From NCBI GenBank assembly GCA_031414595.1, contig JANNVX010000018.1, positions 128,001 to 192,000 of the forward strand: DNA of 64,000 nucleotides, written 5' to 3'. Position 1 is the first letter of the stretch; each line of letters starts with the position of its first letter. This stretch comes from Deinococcales bacterium. Lineage in GTDB: Bacteria > Deinococcota > Deinococci > Deinococcales > JAAFIG01. This document shows positions 28,472-38,138 of the stretch, piece by piece. The notes under the pieces were generated by a model. It did no database searches and was not told the origin of the DNA. It saw nothing but the letters and a program-made list of their open reading frames with translations. A program made the position numbers and the translations under genes.

Positions 28472-29973
28472 AATTGTATCCCTCCAACCCAAGTGCTTTC
28501 GAGATTCCACTCGAGAACGGGGGTGTTGCTGTTGGCGTAAATGTTAAAATCGGCGTACTGACCAACTTCTAGTGTACCACGATTGTTTTGGTCATTACTC
28601 GAAATTGCGCCATTCAAAGTGAAGGCTTCGATACTTTCTTCAAGTGTGACTTGATTGCCAGTTCTAAAAGGCTCGAGGGTGGCGGCGTGAATGCCCACCA
28701 AAGGACTGACTTCTTTGACTACAGGCGCATCACTCGAGAAGACCGTGGTTAGTCCAGCCTCCATCATGGCACGAAGGTTATAACAATGCGTTGCAAAGGC
28801 TTTTGGTAGGTATTTGGCAAAGTTTCCAGCCAGTTCATGCAGAAAAATTGGTTGTGGTACAACAATCACATCAAGTGCCTTGGCTCTAGCCAAATGGGTT
28901 GGGTTTGCCAATCCAAAGTGTTCGATTCTATGTCGAATGCTTGGATGAGGGGATTTTGCCAGTCGTTCGTACACCGTTAAAATCTGGTCAAGCGCAACAT
29001 CACCAATTGCGTGCGTGCCAATCCGAAAACCGTTTTGGTGTGCCTCGAGTGCCAGTTGGTACAATTCCTCGGTCTCAAAACGCAGTACCCCATGACTTGG
29101 AGTATCGGTGTTTTGGTAGGGGAGACTGACCGCAGCCGTCGCACCACTTAAGCCACCATCGGCAAAGAATTTAACACTGTCCACCCGCAGGAAACCCGAG
29201 ACGAATTTCTCGGGTAGCGGATAGGTCTGGTTTCCGCCATCTGGACGACGAATAAACAGCAGATTGACCCGAATTGGTAGCGCATTTTCTGATTCGAGTT
29301 GACGGTATGCCTCGAGCAGCGTTGGGTCAACCGCAGGGTCGGTGCAACTGGTGATGCCGTGCTGAGCAAGCCAATCTAAACCCGCCAGAATAAATTTTTT
29401 GCAATCCTGTACGCTAAAAGCGGGCATGGCTTTTAAGACTAAGCCGTGGGCGGTTTCAAAAAGCATTCCATTCTCGAAATGAATTTCACCGCCGTGTGGC
29501 ACGGGCGTAGCAGCATCAATCCCTGCCAAATTCATTGCCCTCGAGTTGACGGCGTGAATATGAGCGCAAGTTCGGGTCAGCACTACAGGATTATGCGGCG
29601 CAACCGTATCCAGTACAGTTTTATTGGGGCTACCACTCAGCTTGGCTTCGTTCCAACCACGCCCGAGTAACCACTGCCCAGCCTCAAGGGTACTAACTCG
29701 AGAACGCACCAAGTCGTACACTTCCTCGAGTGTGCTTGCATCACGTAAATCCAGCATTGAGGTGCGAAGATGCCCAACTTTCCAAACGTGGACATGGGCA
29801 TCGTTCCAACCGGGATAGATTGCCAAACCGCCTAAATCTATGGTTTCTCGAGCTTCGAGGTTTGGATTATCCAGCGCCACAATTTTCCCGTCTTGAATGC
29901 CTAGGCTGGTAGCAGTTTGCCCTCGAGTTACCCAAATTTTTGCATTGATGAACATTAAGTCAATCATTGACAA
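28468..29973 (-). CDS. YtcJ-like metal-dependent amidohydrolase
   Basis: DAHVH, KFFADG, HAIGD, HRIEH, SSDAP. Confidence 0.9.
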   Translation of the reverse strand: MSMIDLMFINAKIWVTRGQTATSLGIQDGKIVALDNPNLEARETIDLGGLAIYPGWNDAHVHVWKVGHLRTSMLDLRDASTLEEVYDLVRSRVSTLEAGQWLLGRGWNEAKLSGSPNKTVLDTVAPHNPVVLTRTCAHIHAVNSRAMNLAGIDAATPVPHGGEIHFENGMLFETAHGLVLKAMPAFSVQDCKKFILAGLDWLAQHGITSCTDPAVDPTLLEAYRQLESENALPIRVNLLFIRRPDGGNQTYPLPEKFVSGFLRVDSVKFFADGGLSGATAAVSLPYQNTDTPSHGVLRFETEELYQLALEAHQNGFRIGTHAIGDVALDQILTVYERLAKSPHPSIRHRIEHFGLANPTHLARAKALDVIVVPQPIFLHELAGNFAKYLPKAFATHCYNLRAMMEAGLTTVFSSDAPVVKEVSPLVGIHAATLEPFRTGNQVTLEESIEAFTLNGAISSNDQNNRGTLEVGQYADFNIYANSNTPVLEWNLESTWVGGIQL

Positions 29974-29994
29974 CCTCCTTAAAAGTGCTATAGT
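29967..29994 (+). promoter_or_regulatory. Sigma70-type promoter for the sRNA
   Basis: TTGACA (29967-72), 16-nt spacer ending TGc, TATAGT (29989-94). Confidence 0.7.
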
Positions 29995-30000
29995 GATTTT

Positions 30001-30097
30001 TAGAAATGGCTCGCAGCCTGAAAAGTGACCGGATGGTCGCCTGCCGAAAGGATAGGAACGAGTCGCAAAAGAACCTCATAATAGGGGTTCTTTTTTT
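30001..30097 (+). ncRNA. Structured small RNA convergent with the DUF3800 gene
   Basis: Closing stem 30007-13/30059-65, hairpin GTGACC-GGAT-GGTCGC, GAAA-tetraloop hairpin, then terminator hairpin and T run. Confidence 0.7.
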
Positions 30098-30690
30098 AAT
30101 TCTTTGAGCGTAATTTTTGACCGAAGAATTTCTAAGAGTTTTTCAGAATCTTCTCCTCGTTTTTGGCGATGGACAGCACCTGCAATAAAGTCTGCGAGTT
30201 GTAGTAATTCTGTCCTTGTTGAATCTACAAAAGTAAGGTCGGCAATTTCAGCGGCTAGTGTTTGACGAATATAAGACTTAAATAACCTCTTAAATTGACG
30301 ATTATGCGTTCCATCTAAGCGAAAACGAGCTTTGGAAAAATCATTCTGAAAAACCAAGAGTGCTTGAGCAATCATCCACTGATAAGCATCAATACCATTT
30401 TGAGAGAAAAAACTTAATTCGAGGCTCGTTTTATCAATAGTGAATACTCGAGCTTCAAAATCAAGTGTTGAAATAAACTGAGCCAGATTCAAACGGCGAG
30501 AATTGTTCATTTTGCTAAACTTAAATTCATCACGTTGACCTAGAGATTTTTGAAAATCTGCCAGCGCAATTGCGACAGATGTGGCTCGTTCATCATTGGC
30601 AAAAATCACCATTGCAACGACAAAATACCGACTCGAGTTCTGCTCGAACTTAAAACCCGCATCACCACTTTCGTCTACAAAAACCAGCAT
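30076..30690 (-). CDS. DUF3800-family protein
   Basis: N-terminal VFVDESGD, EFKF, C-terminal DS...LQLADFIAG. Confidence 0.88.
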   Translation of the reverse strand: MLVFVDESGDAGFKFEQNSSRYFVVAMVIFANDERATSVAIALADFQKSLGQRDEFKFSKMNNSRRLNLAQFISTLDFEARVFTIDKTSLELSFFSQNGIDAYQWMIAQALLVFQNDFSKARFRLDGTHNRQFKRLFKSYIRQTLAAEIADLTFVDSTRTELLQLADFIAGAVHRQKRGEDSEKLLEILRSKITLKELKKEPLL

Positions 30691-30692
30691 AC

Positions 30693-31358
30693 TTACCACA
30701 TCACCGCTTTATTGCGCCAAACAATCAGAATGCCGTAATTGGCACAACTGGCATCCTCGAGATAGTCTGGAATCACCCCATGAATTCTGTAACCGCGTTT
30801 AAGTTGAATACTCAGCACAGGGTCAAAGCGCTCACCACGAATGACTTGATGGAGGTATTCCTCTATCGGCATCTCGAGTTTCACCGCGCCGTAACCCTTT
30901 GGCATTGCCCCAGCGTAATGCCCATGCAGTCCAAGCCGTACCACAAGGTCTTGACGGGCTTTATAGAGCAAACTCGAGAGTCCTTGACTGCGATACTCGG
31001 GCAGCACCCCAATGTCTGCCCCGTACAACCAATGGGCGGTGCTGTCATGGGTGGTAAAAAATCCTTCACCCACGGCTGGAAAGAACTTATGCTGATAATG
31101 ATTAAAGTCCAACTCGAGCATGATGTCACTCGAGCTTGCCACCACTTTATTGTCGAGCGTGTCCAGCACCACATGCTGCCCATCTGGAAAAATTTTGATG
31201 TGCGAAGCAAAATGATGTGCCGACATGATGTCTGCTTCGGCAAGCTCAGGAAAAGAAACCCGTTGAATGTTCTCGAGGGCGTGGGTCATGTCTATAGTGC
31301 TATTGACGACGACATAACGCCCGTCAGAACTCGAGACCAGCGCTGGAAGATTGGTCAT
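30693..31358 (-). CDS. GNAT-family N-acetyltransferase
   Basis: LYGADIGVLPEYRSQGLS motif A, DPVLSIQL. Confidence 0.82.
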   Translation of the reverse strand: MTNLPALVSSSDGRYVVVNSTIDMTHALENIQRVSFPELAEADIMSAHHFASHIKIFPDGQHVVLDTLDNKVVASSSDIMLELDFNHYQHKFFPAVGEGFFTTHDSTAHWLYGADIGVLPEYRSQGLSSLLYKARQDLVVRLGLHGHYAGAMPKGYGAVKLEMPIEEYLHQVIRGERFDPVLSIQLKRGYRIHGVIPDYLEDASCANYGILIVWRNKAVMW

Positions 31359-31375
31359 AAATTACCCCAAATTAA

Positions 31376-31442
31376 CCGTAGGGGCAAGGCATGCCTTGCC
31401 CTTATTGTGATGTGGTGGGTTAGGTAAGCCCAACCCCTACGG
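31376..31442. repeat. Inverted pair of GTAG-type REPs
   Basis: CCGTAGGGGCAAGGCATGCCTTGCCC (+) and CCGTAGGGGTTGGGCTTACCTAACCC (-). Confidence 0.7.
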
Positions 31443-31443
31443 T

Positions 31444-32808
31444 TTACGCATTTACAAGTTCTTTGGCTTTATGAACCGCATAAGCCGCACGAATTGCCCC
31501 TTGCACCACGCTTAGGGCTTCGTGCAGCATGGCAGGGTCAATATCAAGTTGAGGCAAGAACCGAATGCAGTTGCTGTACAAACCGGCTCTGAGCAGTATC
31601 ACACCACCCTCGAGACAACGCTTGGCAACATCGGGGACAAGTTCGAGCCAAGGTTCTTTACTTACTTGGTCTTTGACAAATTCCACCACCATCATCCCGC
31701 CGATACCACGCACATCGCCAACACAGGGTAACTCGAGCATCATCGGTTCAAACATCTGGCGCACGGTCTTTTCGATATGGGCTGCGCCAGCTTGTAAATC
31801 AGAGCTTTGGAGTAATTCCAGTGCCTCGAGCGCCGCGACACAGGCTAACGGGTTACCGCCGTAAGTGCTGCCGACCCCACCAATATGAGCGCTGTCCATG
31901 ATTTCGGCTCGAGCCGTGATTGCACTTAAGGGCAGTCCAGCCGCAAGGCTTTTGGCACTGATAATTATGTCTGGAATGACATTGCTATGTTCAATTGCCC
32001 AAAGTTTGCCAGTCCGCCCAGAACCACTTTGGATTTCATCGGCAATCATGACTGCACCAATGCGGCTACAGACTTCACGAATCTTCTCTAAGAACTCTTT
32101 TGGCACTGGAATAAATCCACCTTCGCCAACCACAGGTTCAATCACGATACAGGCAACCGCACTTGGGTCAATATGGCTAACCATTGCATCGTCTAAGTTC
32201 TTGCAGCACCACGCTAAATAATCCTCGCTCGAGATACCTTTTGGGGTGCGGTACAAGTTTGGCAGTGGCAAACGATAAACTTCTGGGGCAAACGGACCAA
32301 AACCTTTTTTGAACAAACCCCATTTGCTGGTCATTGCCATGGTGAGGTTGCTGCGTCCGTGGTATGCCCCCTCAAAGACAATCACGCCGGCTCTGCCCGT
32401 GAATTTCCGTGCCATTTTGACCGCGTTTTCTACGGCTTCTGCGCCACCATTGGAAAGAAGGGTTTTCTTGGGGTAATCGCCAGGTGTTAAACGGTTTAGG
32501 ACTTCGCAGACTTCAACATAGGGTTCGTAATTGGCGACAATACTGCACATATGTAAATACTTATCAACCTGAGCGTGAACTGCATCAGTGACGCTTTTCG
32601 GACGATGCCCAACTGCCAGAACCCCAATTCCACCCGCCAAATCAATAAAGGTATTGCCATCGGCATCTTTGACCAAACTACCTTCGGCACTAACCACCGC
32701 AATTCCATTTGCCATGGCTAAACCGCCACTTACCGCTTTGGCGCGACGTTCATTTAATTCCTTAGACTTTGCACCAGGAACACTTGTGACCAAATCAATA
32801 AAACCCAT
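31444..32808 (-). CDS. gabT: 4-aminobutyrate aminotransferase (class III PLP)
   Basis: GAEAVENAVK, AYHGR, EPVVGEGG, ADEIQSG.GRTG, AKSLA. Confidence 0.88.
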   Translation of the reverse strand: MGFIDLVTSVPGAKSKELNERRAKAVSGGLAMANGIAVVSAEGSLVKDADGNTFIDLAGGIGVLAVGHRPKSVTDAVHAQVDKYLHMCSIVANYEPYVEVCEVLNRLTPGDYPKKTLLSNGGAEAVENAVKMARKFTGRAGVIVFEGAYHGRSNLTMAMTSKWGLFKKGFGPFAPEVYRLPLPNLYRTPKGISSEDYLAWCCKNLDDAMVSHIDPSAVACIVIEPVVGEGGFIPVPKEFLEKIREVCSRIGAVMIADEIQSGSGRTGKLWAIEHSNVIPDIIISAKSLAAGLPLSAITARAEIMDSAHIGGVGSTYGGNPLACVAALEALELLQSSDLQAGAAHIEKTVRQMFEPMMLELPCVGDVRGIGGMMVVEFVKDQVSKEPWLELVPDVAKRCLEGGVILLRAGLYSNCIRFLPQLDIDPAMLHEALSVVQGAIRAAYAVHKAKELVNA

Positions 32809-32854
32809 AAGACACCTCTTTTACAGTCTCGAGACGAAAAAACGTTATGCCGCT

Positions 32855-32911
32855 TCAGTCAAGAAGGGCTGGCGGCGGAATCGCATCGAGTTGCCACATA
32901 GAAAGGGTCAT
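32855..32911 (-). CDS. Putative 18-aa leader peptide of gabT
   Basis: MTLSMWQLDAIPPPALLD; -10 TAGACT 10 nt upstream; stop 46 nt before gabT. Confidence 0.55.
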   Translation of the reverse strand: MTLSMWQLDAIPPPALLD

Positions 32912-32960
32912 GGTTGGCTCGAGTCTACAGGTTTTGAGGGCTTAGGGCAACAAAGCAGTT

Positions 32961-33010
32961 ATGGGCTTTGAGCTATGGGCTGTGAGAAAAGCTCAAGGCT
33001 CAAAGCCCAT
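32961..33010. repeat. Heptamer-built inverted repeat downstream of glnA
   Basis: ATGGGCTTTGAGC / GCTCAAAGCCCAT. Confidence 0.55.
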
Positions 33011-33021
33011 AGCCAAGTCCT

Positions 33022-34365
33022 CTACAGCATCTCGAGGTATCGCTCTAATTCCCATTCGTGAACTGTAGCGGCATACAATTTCCATTCAGCACGTTTGGCA
33101 TGTAGAAAATGACTGTAAATATGGTCGCCAAGCGCATCGCGGATTACACGGTCAGACTCGAGTTCGTTCAGGGCTTCACGTAGCGTGGTGGGTAGGTTTT
33201 TGACTTTATGTTTGCGTTTGTCACGGACACTCATGTCGTAGATGTTGCGTTGAATCGGTGGTGGCGGCTCGAGTTTGGTTTGAATGCCGTGTAATCCAGC
33301 CCCCAAAATGGCGGCAAAAGCAAGATACGGATTGGCGGCTGGGTCTGGAATGCGAAGCTCAGTGCGTGTGCCTACACCACGCCTTGCAGGTACGCGAATC
33401 ATGGCGCTGCGATTACTTGCACTCCATGCGATGGTCGTGGGGGCTTCAAATCCGGGGACTAGGCGTTTATAACTGTTGATGATTGGGTTGGTAATCGCTA
33501 CCATCCCCGAGGCATGTTCGAGCAAGCCACCAATAAAAAACTGGGCGGTTTTAGAAAGCTGAAATTGTCCCTTGGGGTCTAGGAAAGTGTTTTGGTCGCC
33601 CTTAAATAAACTCAAATGTAAGTGCATTCCACTGCCGGGCATGGTAGCGACAGGTTTGGGCATAAAGGTGGCGTGGAGGTTGTGGGCAAGCGCAACCCGC
33701 TTAACCACGAACTTAAAAGTGGAAATTGCATCGGCAGTCTCGAGTGCATTGGCATACTTAAAGTCTATTTCATGTTGTCCGGGCGCAACTTCGTGGTGTG
33801 CTGCTTCGACTTCAAAACCAAGCTCGAGTAAATGATTGACCATATCGCGTCTGGCTTCTTCGCCTTTATCGAGTGGTGCAAGGTCAAAGTAACCAGCCGC
33901 ATCATGGGTGATGGTCGTGGCGGTGTCATTAGCACTGCGCTGGAATAAGAAAAACTCGAGTTCAGGTCCAAAATTGGCTTTGTCAAAACCCGCTTTGCTG
34001 GTTTTTTCAATCATCCGTTTTAAGGCAAATCTCGGGTCGCCTTCAAAGGGTTTGCCGTCGGGTAGGGCAATATCGCAGATGACTCTGGCTACCCGTCCGC
34101 GTTTAGCGTCCGATTCGCTAAAAACAGGATAAACCCTAAAAGTCTCGAGGTCTGGGTGAAGCAGCATGTCTGATTCTTCGACTCTTGTAAAGCCTTCGAT
34201 ACTGCTGCCGTCAAACATAATCTGCCCATCTAAGGCTTTGGAAAATTGGTTGATTGGCACTTCGACGTTTTTGGCTACGCCAAGAACATCGGTGAATTGA
34301 AGTCGCAAAAAGCGAACCTGTTCTGCTGCTAGGGTTTTAAGAACTTCGGCGGTTGTGGTTGGCAT
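33022..34365 (-). CDS. glnA: Glutamine synthetase type I family
   Basis: FDGSSIEG, HHEVAPGQHEI, FMPKP, GSGMH, NSYKRLVPGFEAP, ELRIPDP. Confidence 0.9.
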   Translation of the reverse strand: MPTTTAEVLKTLAAEQVRFLRLQFTDVLGVAKNVEVPINQFSKALDGQIMFDGSSIEGFTRVEESDMLLHPDLETFRVYPVFSESDAKRGRVARVICDIALPDGKPFEGDPRFALKRMIEKTSKAGFDKANFGPELEFFLFQRSANDTATTITHDAAGYFDLAPLDKGEEARRDMVNHLLELGFEVEAAHHEVAPGQHEIDFKYANALETADAISTFKFVVKRVALAHNLHATFMPKPVATMPGSGMHLHLSLFKGDQNTFLDPKGQFQLSKTAQFFIGGLLEHASGMVAITNPIINSYKRLVPGFEAPTTIAWSASNRSAMIRVPARRGVGTRTELRIPDPAANPYLAFAAILGAGLHGIQTKLEPPPPIQRNIYDMSVRDKRKHKVKNLPTTLREALNELESDRVIRDALGDHIYSHFLHAKRAEWKLYAATVHEWELERYLEML

Positions 34366-34467
34366 GATGTCACCTCTAAACGTGCAAGATGATACCTTAT
34401 TTTTGTGCAATGTGCGAAATGTCCTTAAGAATCTGTAAGCTCTAAGGTCAAAATTGTTGTTGTGTCT

Positions 34468-34839
34468 TTAGTTTTGTTGTACAGATTGTTCGGTATTCGA
34501 GTTTTTTGTGGTTTCATCGGCAGCAAAACTTAAGGGTTCTTCGGGCGATAAATCTTTTGGGGTGCTGTCTTGCTCGAGTAACTGTGCCATGACGCTTTCA
34601 CGGTCTCGCATCGTTTGGGTTAAGCGGTCTATCTCGAGTTTTAAGGGTTCTAAACCCGCCAAGTCGGTAGAATTGGCATGGTACGCTCTGCCTAGCCGAG
34701 CAAATTGTTGTTCGCGCTCGCGCTCGAGTCGAATCAGTTCAAGCCGCAGTCGTCCGATACGTGCGCCTAACTCGCCTTTTTCTTTGGCGACATTCCAGCC
34801 TTGTTGCAGGGTGTTTTTGAGGTTCTCGAGTAAGCTCAT
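34468..34839 (-). CDS. Hypothetical coiled-coil protein
   Basis: GGAG RBS; helical repeats. Confidence 0.65.
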   Translation of the reverse strand: MSLLENLKNTLQQGWNVAKEKGELGARIGRLRLELIRLEREREQQFARLGRAYHANSTDLAGLEPLKLEIDRLTQTMRDRESVMAQLLEQDSTPKDLSPEEPLSFAADETTKNSNTEQSVQQN

Positions 34840-34967
34840 AGTAGCTCCGTTGGGCGGCTTGGTACTTTCGGTGTGAGATTTCCCACGTTTTGTTATCGTA
34901 GCAAGTCCTTCTTTCAAGAATCTTACAGCACAAATTAAATCCAGCCCACCTCTAATTGGAGGTCTAA

Positions 34968-36236
34968 TTAGCTTAGAAATAGTGCGATTGCCTCGGTGTA
35001 CAACTTAGCACTCAGTACAAGTTGGTCAATCCGAATAAATTCATTGGCTTGATGCGGAATTTCGCGGTCTCCCGGTCCGATGGTGACAATTGGCACACCA
35101 GCTTGGTGTAGAAAAGTTCCATCGGTCGTACCGGGTACACCACCATAACGCGGTTCACGCTTTAAGACGGTGCGGCTGGCTGCTTCAAGAACCGTAACAA
35201 TTTTGGCTTCTGGGTCGGTGGCAGTCCAAGGGCGGTCATCAATAATTTCGTACTGGGTCTGGGCATCGGCAATCGAATCAAGAATCTGGCGCAACCGAGT
35301 ATGGATTTCCGAGTGGTCAATCCCCGGAACAGTGCGAATATCTAGGGCTAAAAGTGCTTCGCCGGGCATGACATTCAGTTGTGGCAAACTGCCCGCTTGT
35401 AGCACTGTTGGTGTGATGTAAGGCTTACCCAATAAGGGGTGAGCTGGCGTTTTGGCTTGTAATTCTGCCTCGAGTTGCCCAATGCCTAACACAGCTTTAG
35501 CCAACCACGGAATCGGATTGATTCCCGCATATGGCATCGCGCCATGGGCTTGTTTACCGATAAAACGCATGGCGACCCGAATACCGCCGCGCTGAAATAA
35601 GCAAAGTTCTAATTCTTCGGGTTCACAAATGATTGCGCCGTCTGCCACAACTCCATTTTTTTTGTGCCAACTGTGCCGAATCATTTGTTTAATCCCAGAC
35701 ATCATCCCTTCTTCATCACATGGAATTAAAAGCCGCAACTCGCCGCGTAAATTAAGCACGCCCTCGAGAACAAGGTTTTTAATGGTTTTAGCGGCGACAA
35801 TGGCAGCCGCCAAACCACCCTTCATATCGGCACTGCCACGACCCCAAAGGATGCCATCTTCTATCTCGCCAGAAAATGGGTCACGGGTCCAAGCACTGCG
35901 TTCGCCTTCGGTCACGACATCGGTATGACCCTCGAGAATCAGTAAAGAGCCGAGTTTACCAGTATCAAAACTCGCCATTAAATTGAGGCGTTGGGGTGCA
36001 ACTTCCTCGAGTTGAATTTCAAAACCAGCTTGCTCGAGGTATTGGGCTAAGTACCGTGCGACTCCAATCTCATGTGGACGATTTGGCGCAGCCACCGAAT
36101 CCATTCGCACCAAATGTTGGGTTAAATCTATAACTTCTTGTTCATTCAGCCCAGATGCAATTGGTTCGTCTAGCCAAGATACAATTGGTTCGTCTAGCCC
36201 AGATACAATTGGTTCGTCCAGCCCAGATGCACTCAC
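34968..36236 (-). CDS. M20-family metallopeptidase (ArgE/DapE-like)
   Basis: GHTDVV, GRGSADMKGG, DEE, CEP, HQANE. Confidence 0.9.
   Translation of the reverse strand: MSASGLDEPIVSGLDEPIVSWLDEPIASGLNEQEVIDLTQHLVRMDSVAAPNRPHEIGVARYLAQYLEQAGFEIQLEEVAPQRLNLMASFDTGKLGSLLILEGHTDVVTEGERSAWTRDPFSGEIEDGILWGRGSADMKGGLAAAIVAAKTIKNLVLEGVLNLRGELRLLIPCDEEGMMSGIKQMIRHSWHKKNGVVADGAIICEPEELELCLFQRGGIRVAMRFIGKQAHGAMPYAGINPIPWLAKAVLGIGQLEAELQAKTPAHPLLGKPYITPTVLQAGSLPQLNVMPGEALLALDIRTVPGIDHSEIHTRLRQILDSIADAQTQYEIIDDRPWTATDPEAKIVTVLEAASRTVLKREPRYGGVPGTTDGTFLHQAGVPIVTIGPGDREIPHQANEFIRIDQLVLSAKLYTEAIALFLS
36149..36230. repeat. 24-bp tandem repeat (about 3.4 copies) in the M20 5' end
   Basis: Unit GCCCAGATACAATTGGTTCGTCTA encoding SGLDEPIV. 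Confidence 0.85.
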
Positions 36237-37189
36237 TTGACCCCAGTACGACCTAAAAATAGTAATAAAACCCCAAATAAAACCACGTACAACACAATCG
36301 CCAATGGCAGTAACCAGCGCCGTTGTGAAGCCTGAACGGTGTTCCCTTCGTAAATCATGGTACTGGTTGGGTCTACTTGTAAGTCCGGCGAATAGCCTTC
36401 ATCTTTATGCAGTTGAGGTAGTGGATAAGGTTTGCTGCGCGGCATTAAACGCTTGACTCTAGCCACCACACAAGTGATGTTGTCGTGACCTCCAGCAGTA
36501 TTGGCAAGCTCGACCAATTCGGCAGTTACCGATTCTACAGGGTCGTAAACACGTTCTAAGGCTACCCTTAACATTTGCTGTTCTGTCACCAAATTCGATA
36601 AACCATCGGAGCAAATCAAAATAATGTCGCCCTCGAGCAGATTCATGCCAAATAAATCTAGGCGCAATTGTGGTCTCGAGCCAAGCGCATTGGTAATCAC
36701 ATTGCGCCATTTATGGTCTCGGGCTTCTTCTTCGCTGAGTAAACCCTGCCGCACCCGCTCGGCGACCCAAGAATGGTCTCGGGTTAGTTGTTCGATTCGA
36801 CTACCACGAATTAAATACGCCCTCGAGTCGCCAACATGCCCAACGATAGCAGCGTTACCATCCACCACCACGGCGGTCATGGTTGTCCCCATGCCCCGTG
36901 ATTCGGCGCGGCGGCTGGCGTGTTGAAAAACCGCTAAGTTACTGCGCTGCATCGCCCTTGGTAAACTCTGGGTTGGTACATCTGCTAATTCACGCATGGC
37001 GGCAACCAAAGATTCAGTTGCCATGTTTGAAGCCACTTCGCCCGTCCGATGCCCACCCATACCATCGGCAACCAAGAAAAGCTCGCCATTAGGCAGCGAT
37101 TCTTTCGCCCAAGTGTCCTCGTTAAGCTCCCGAACTTGTCCCGGATGGGTGAATCCAGCCACCTCGAGTGGCACGATACTCTGCGTCAT
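36233..37189 (-). CDS. PP2C-family Ser/Thr phosphatase with C-terminal TM
   Basis: RELNED, VADGMGGH, GMGTT, HVGDSRAY, CSDGL, GGHDNIT. Confidence 0.93.
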   Translation of the reverse strand: MTQSIVPLEVAGFTHPGQVRELNEDTWAKESLPNGELFLVADGMGGHRTGEVASNMATESLVAAMRELADVPTQSLPRAMQRSNLAVFQHASRRAESRGMGTTMTAVVVDGNAAIVGHVGDSRAYLIRGSRIEQLTRDHSWVAERVRQGLLSEEEARDHKWRNVITNALGSRPQLRLDLFGMNLLEGDIILICSDGLSNLVTEQQMLRVALERVYDPVESVTAELVELANTAGGHDNITCVVARVKRLMPRSKPYPLPQLHKDEGYSPDLQVDPTSTMIYEGNTVQASQRRWLLPLAIVLYVVLFGVLLLFLGRTGVK

Positions 37190-37391
37190 GGTTCTCCCAG
37201 TATACGATGATTAAGTGGTACTTGTGTTCGGTTCATTCTTTTGTCTTTAGTCGCTACCTCAACCTTGGGCATTGCCCCAAACCAATCTGCAAAAGCCATG
37301 TCACCATTGTGACGTATTGGAACACTGAAAGTCAAAAACCCATGTGCTTTGCGGTACAGCACCTAACCCAGAATTCGGCAATACTATCCAC

Positions 37392-38096
37392 ATGAAAACC
37401 GCTCTCATTACTGGAGGCAGCAAGGGCATCGGGTACGCCGTAGCTGCTGCTTTAATCGAAAACAATTGGAATACTGTCATCACAGCCCGTAACCAAAGCG
37501 AACTCGAGATGGCTGCCAATACCCTAAACGCGCTTGGTAAGGGACGCGCCATTGGAATTGTAGCTGATGTCCGCGATTACCCAAGTTTAGAAAAAGCCGT
37601 AAACACCGCTACCAGCGAATTTGTCAGTCTGGACTGCGTGGTGGCAAATGCTGGCGTGGGCATTTTCAAACCTGTCCAAGATTTAACCTTGGAAGACTGG
37701 AACACGGTCATAGACACCAACCTTACAGGGGTATTTTACACCATCAAAGCTGCTATTCCTGCCTTAGAAAAAAGTCAAGGCTATATTTTTAACATCTCGA
37801 GTCTTGCGGGTAAAAACGCTTTTGCAGGAGCCGCCGCTTACAACGCCTCAAAATTTGGCTTAAATGGCTTTAGCGAAGCGATTATGCTTGACCTTCGCGC
37901 TTTGGGCATCAAAGTCACGCAAATCATGCCCGGCAGTGTCGCCACTTACTTTAATAACCATACGCCCAACCAAAAAGACGCTTGGAAAATTCAACCAGAA
38001 GATATTGCTCAAATTATCCTAGATTTGCTGGCAATGCCTGCCCGAACCTTACCAAGCCGCGTTGAAGTTCGCCCAAGCCAACCAACTAAAAAATAG
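37392..38096 (+). CDS. Short-chain dehydrogenase/reductase
   Basis: TGGSKGIG, NAG, YNASK. Confidence 0.92.
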   Translation: MKTALITGGSKGIGYAVAAALIENNWNTVITARNQSELEMAANTLNALGKGRAIGIVADVRDYPSLEKAVNTATSEFVSLDCVVANAGVGIFKPVQDLTLEDWNTVIDTNLTGVFYTIKAAIPALEKSQGYIFNISSLAGKNAFAGAAAYNASKFGLNGFSEAIMLDLRALGIKVTQIMPGSVATYFNNHTPNQKDAWKIQPEDIAQIILDLLAMPARTLPSRVEVRPSQPTKK

Positions 38097-38138
38097 AGGA
38101 AAGGGCAATTTTTTCTCTTTCTTTTGTTACACTCCCTA

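Noticed and set aside
30014-30060. Hammerhead ribozyme reading of the sRNA (CTGA...GAAA)
   Set aside because: The core needs CUGANGA and an unpaired GAAA after stem II; here it is CTGAAAA and GAAA is a tetraloop.
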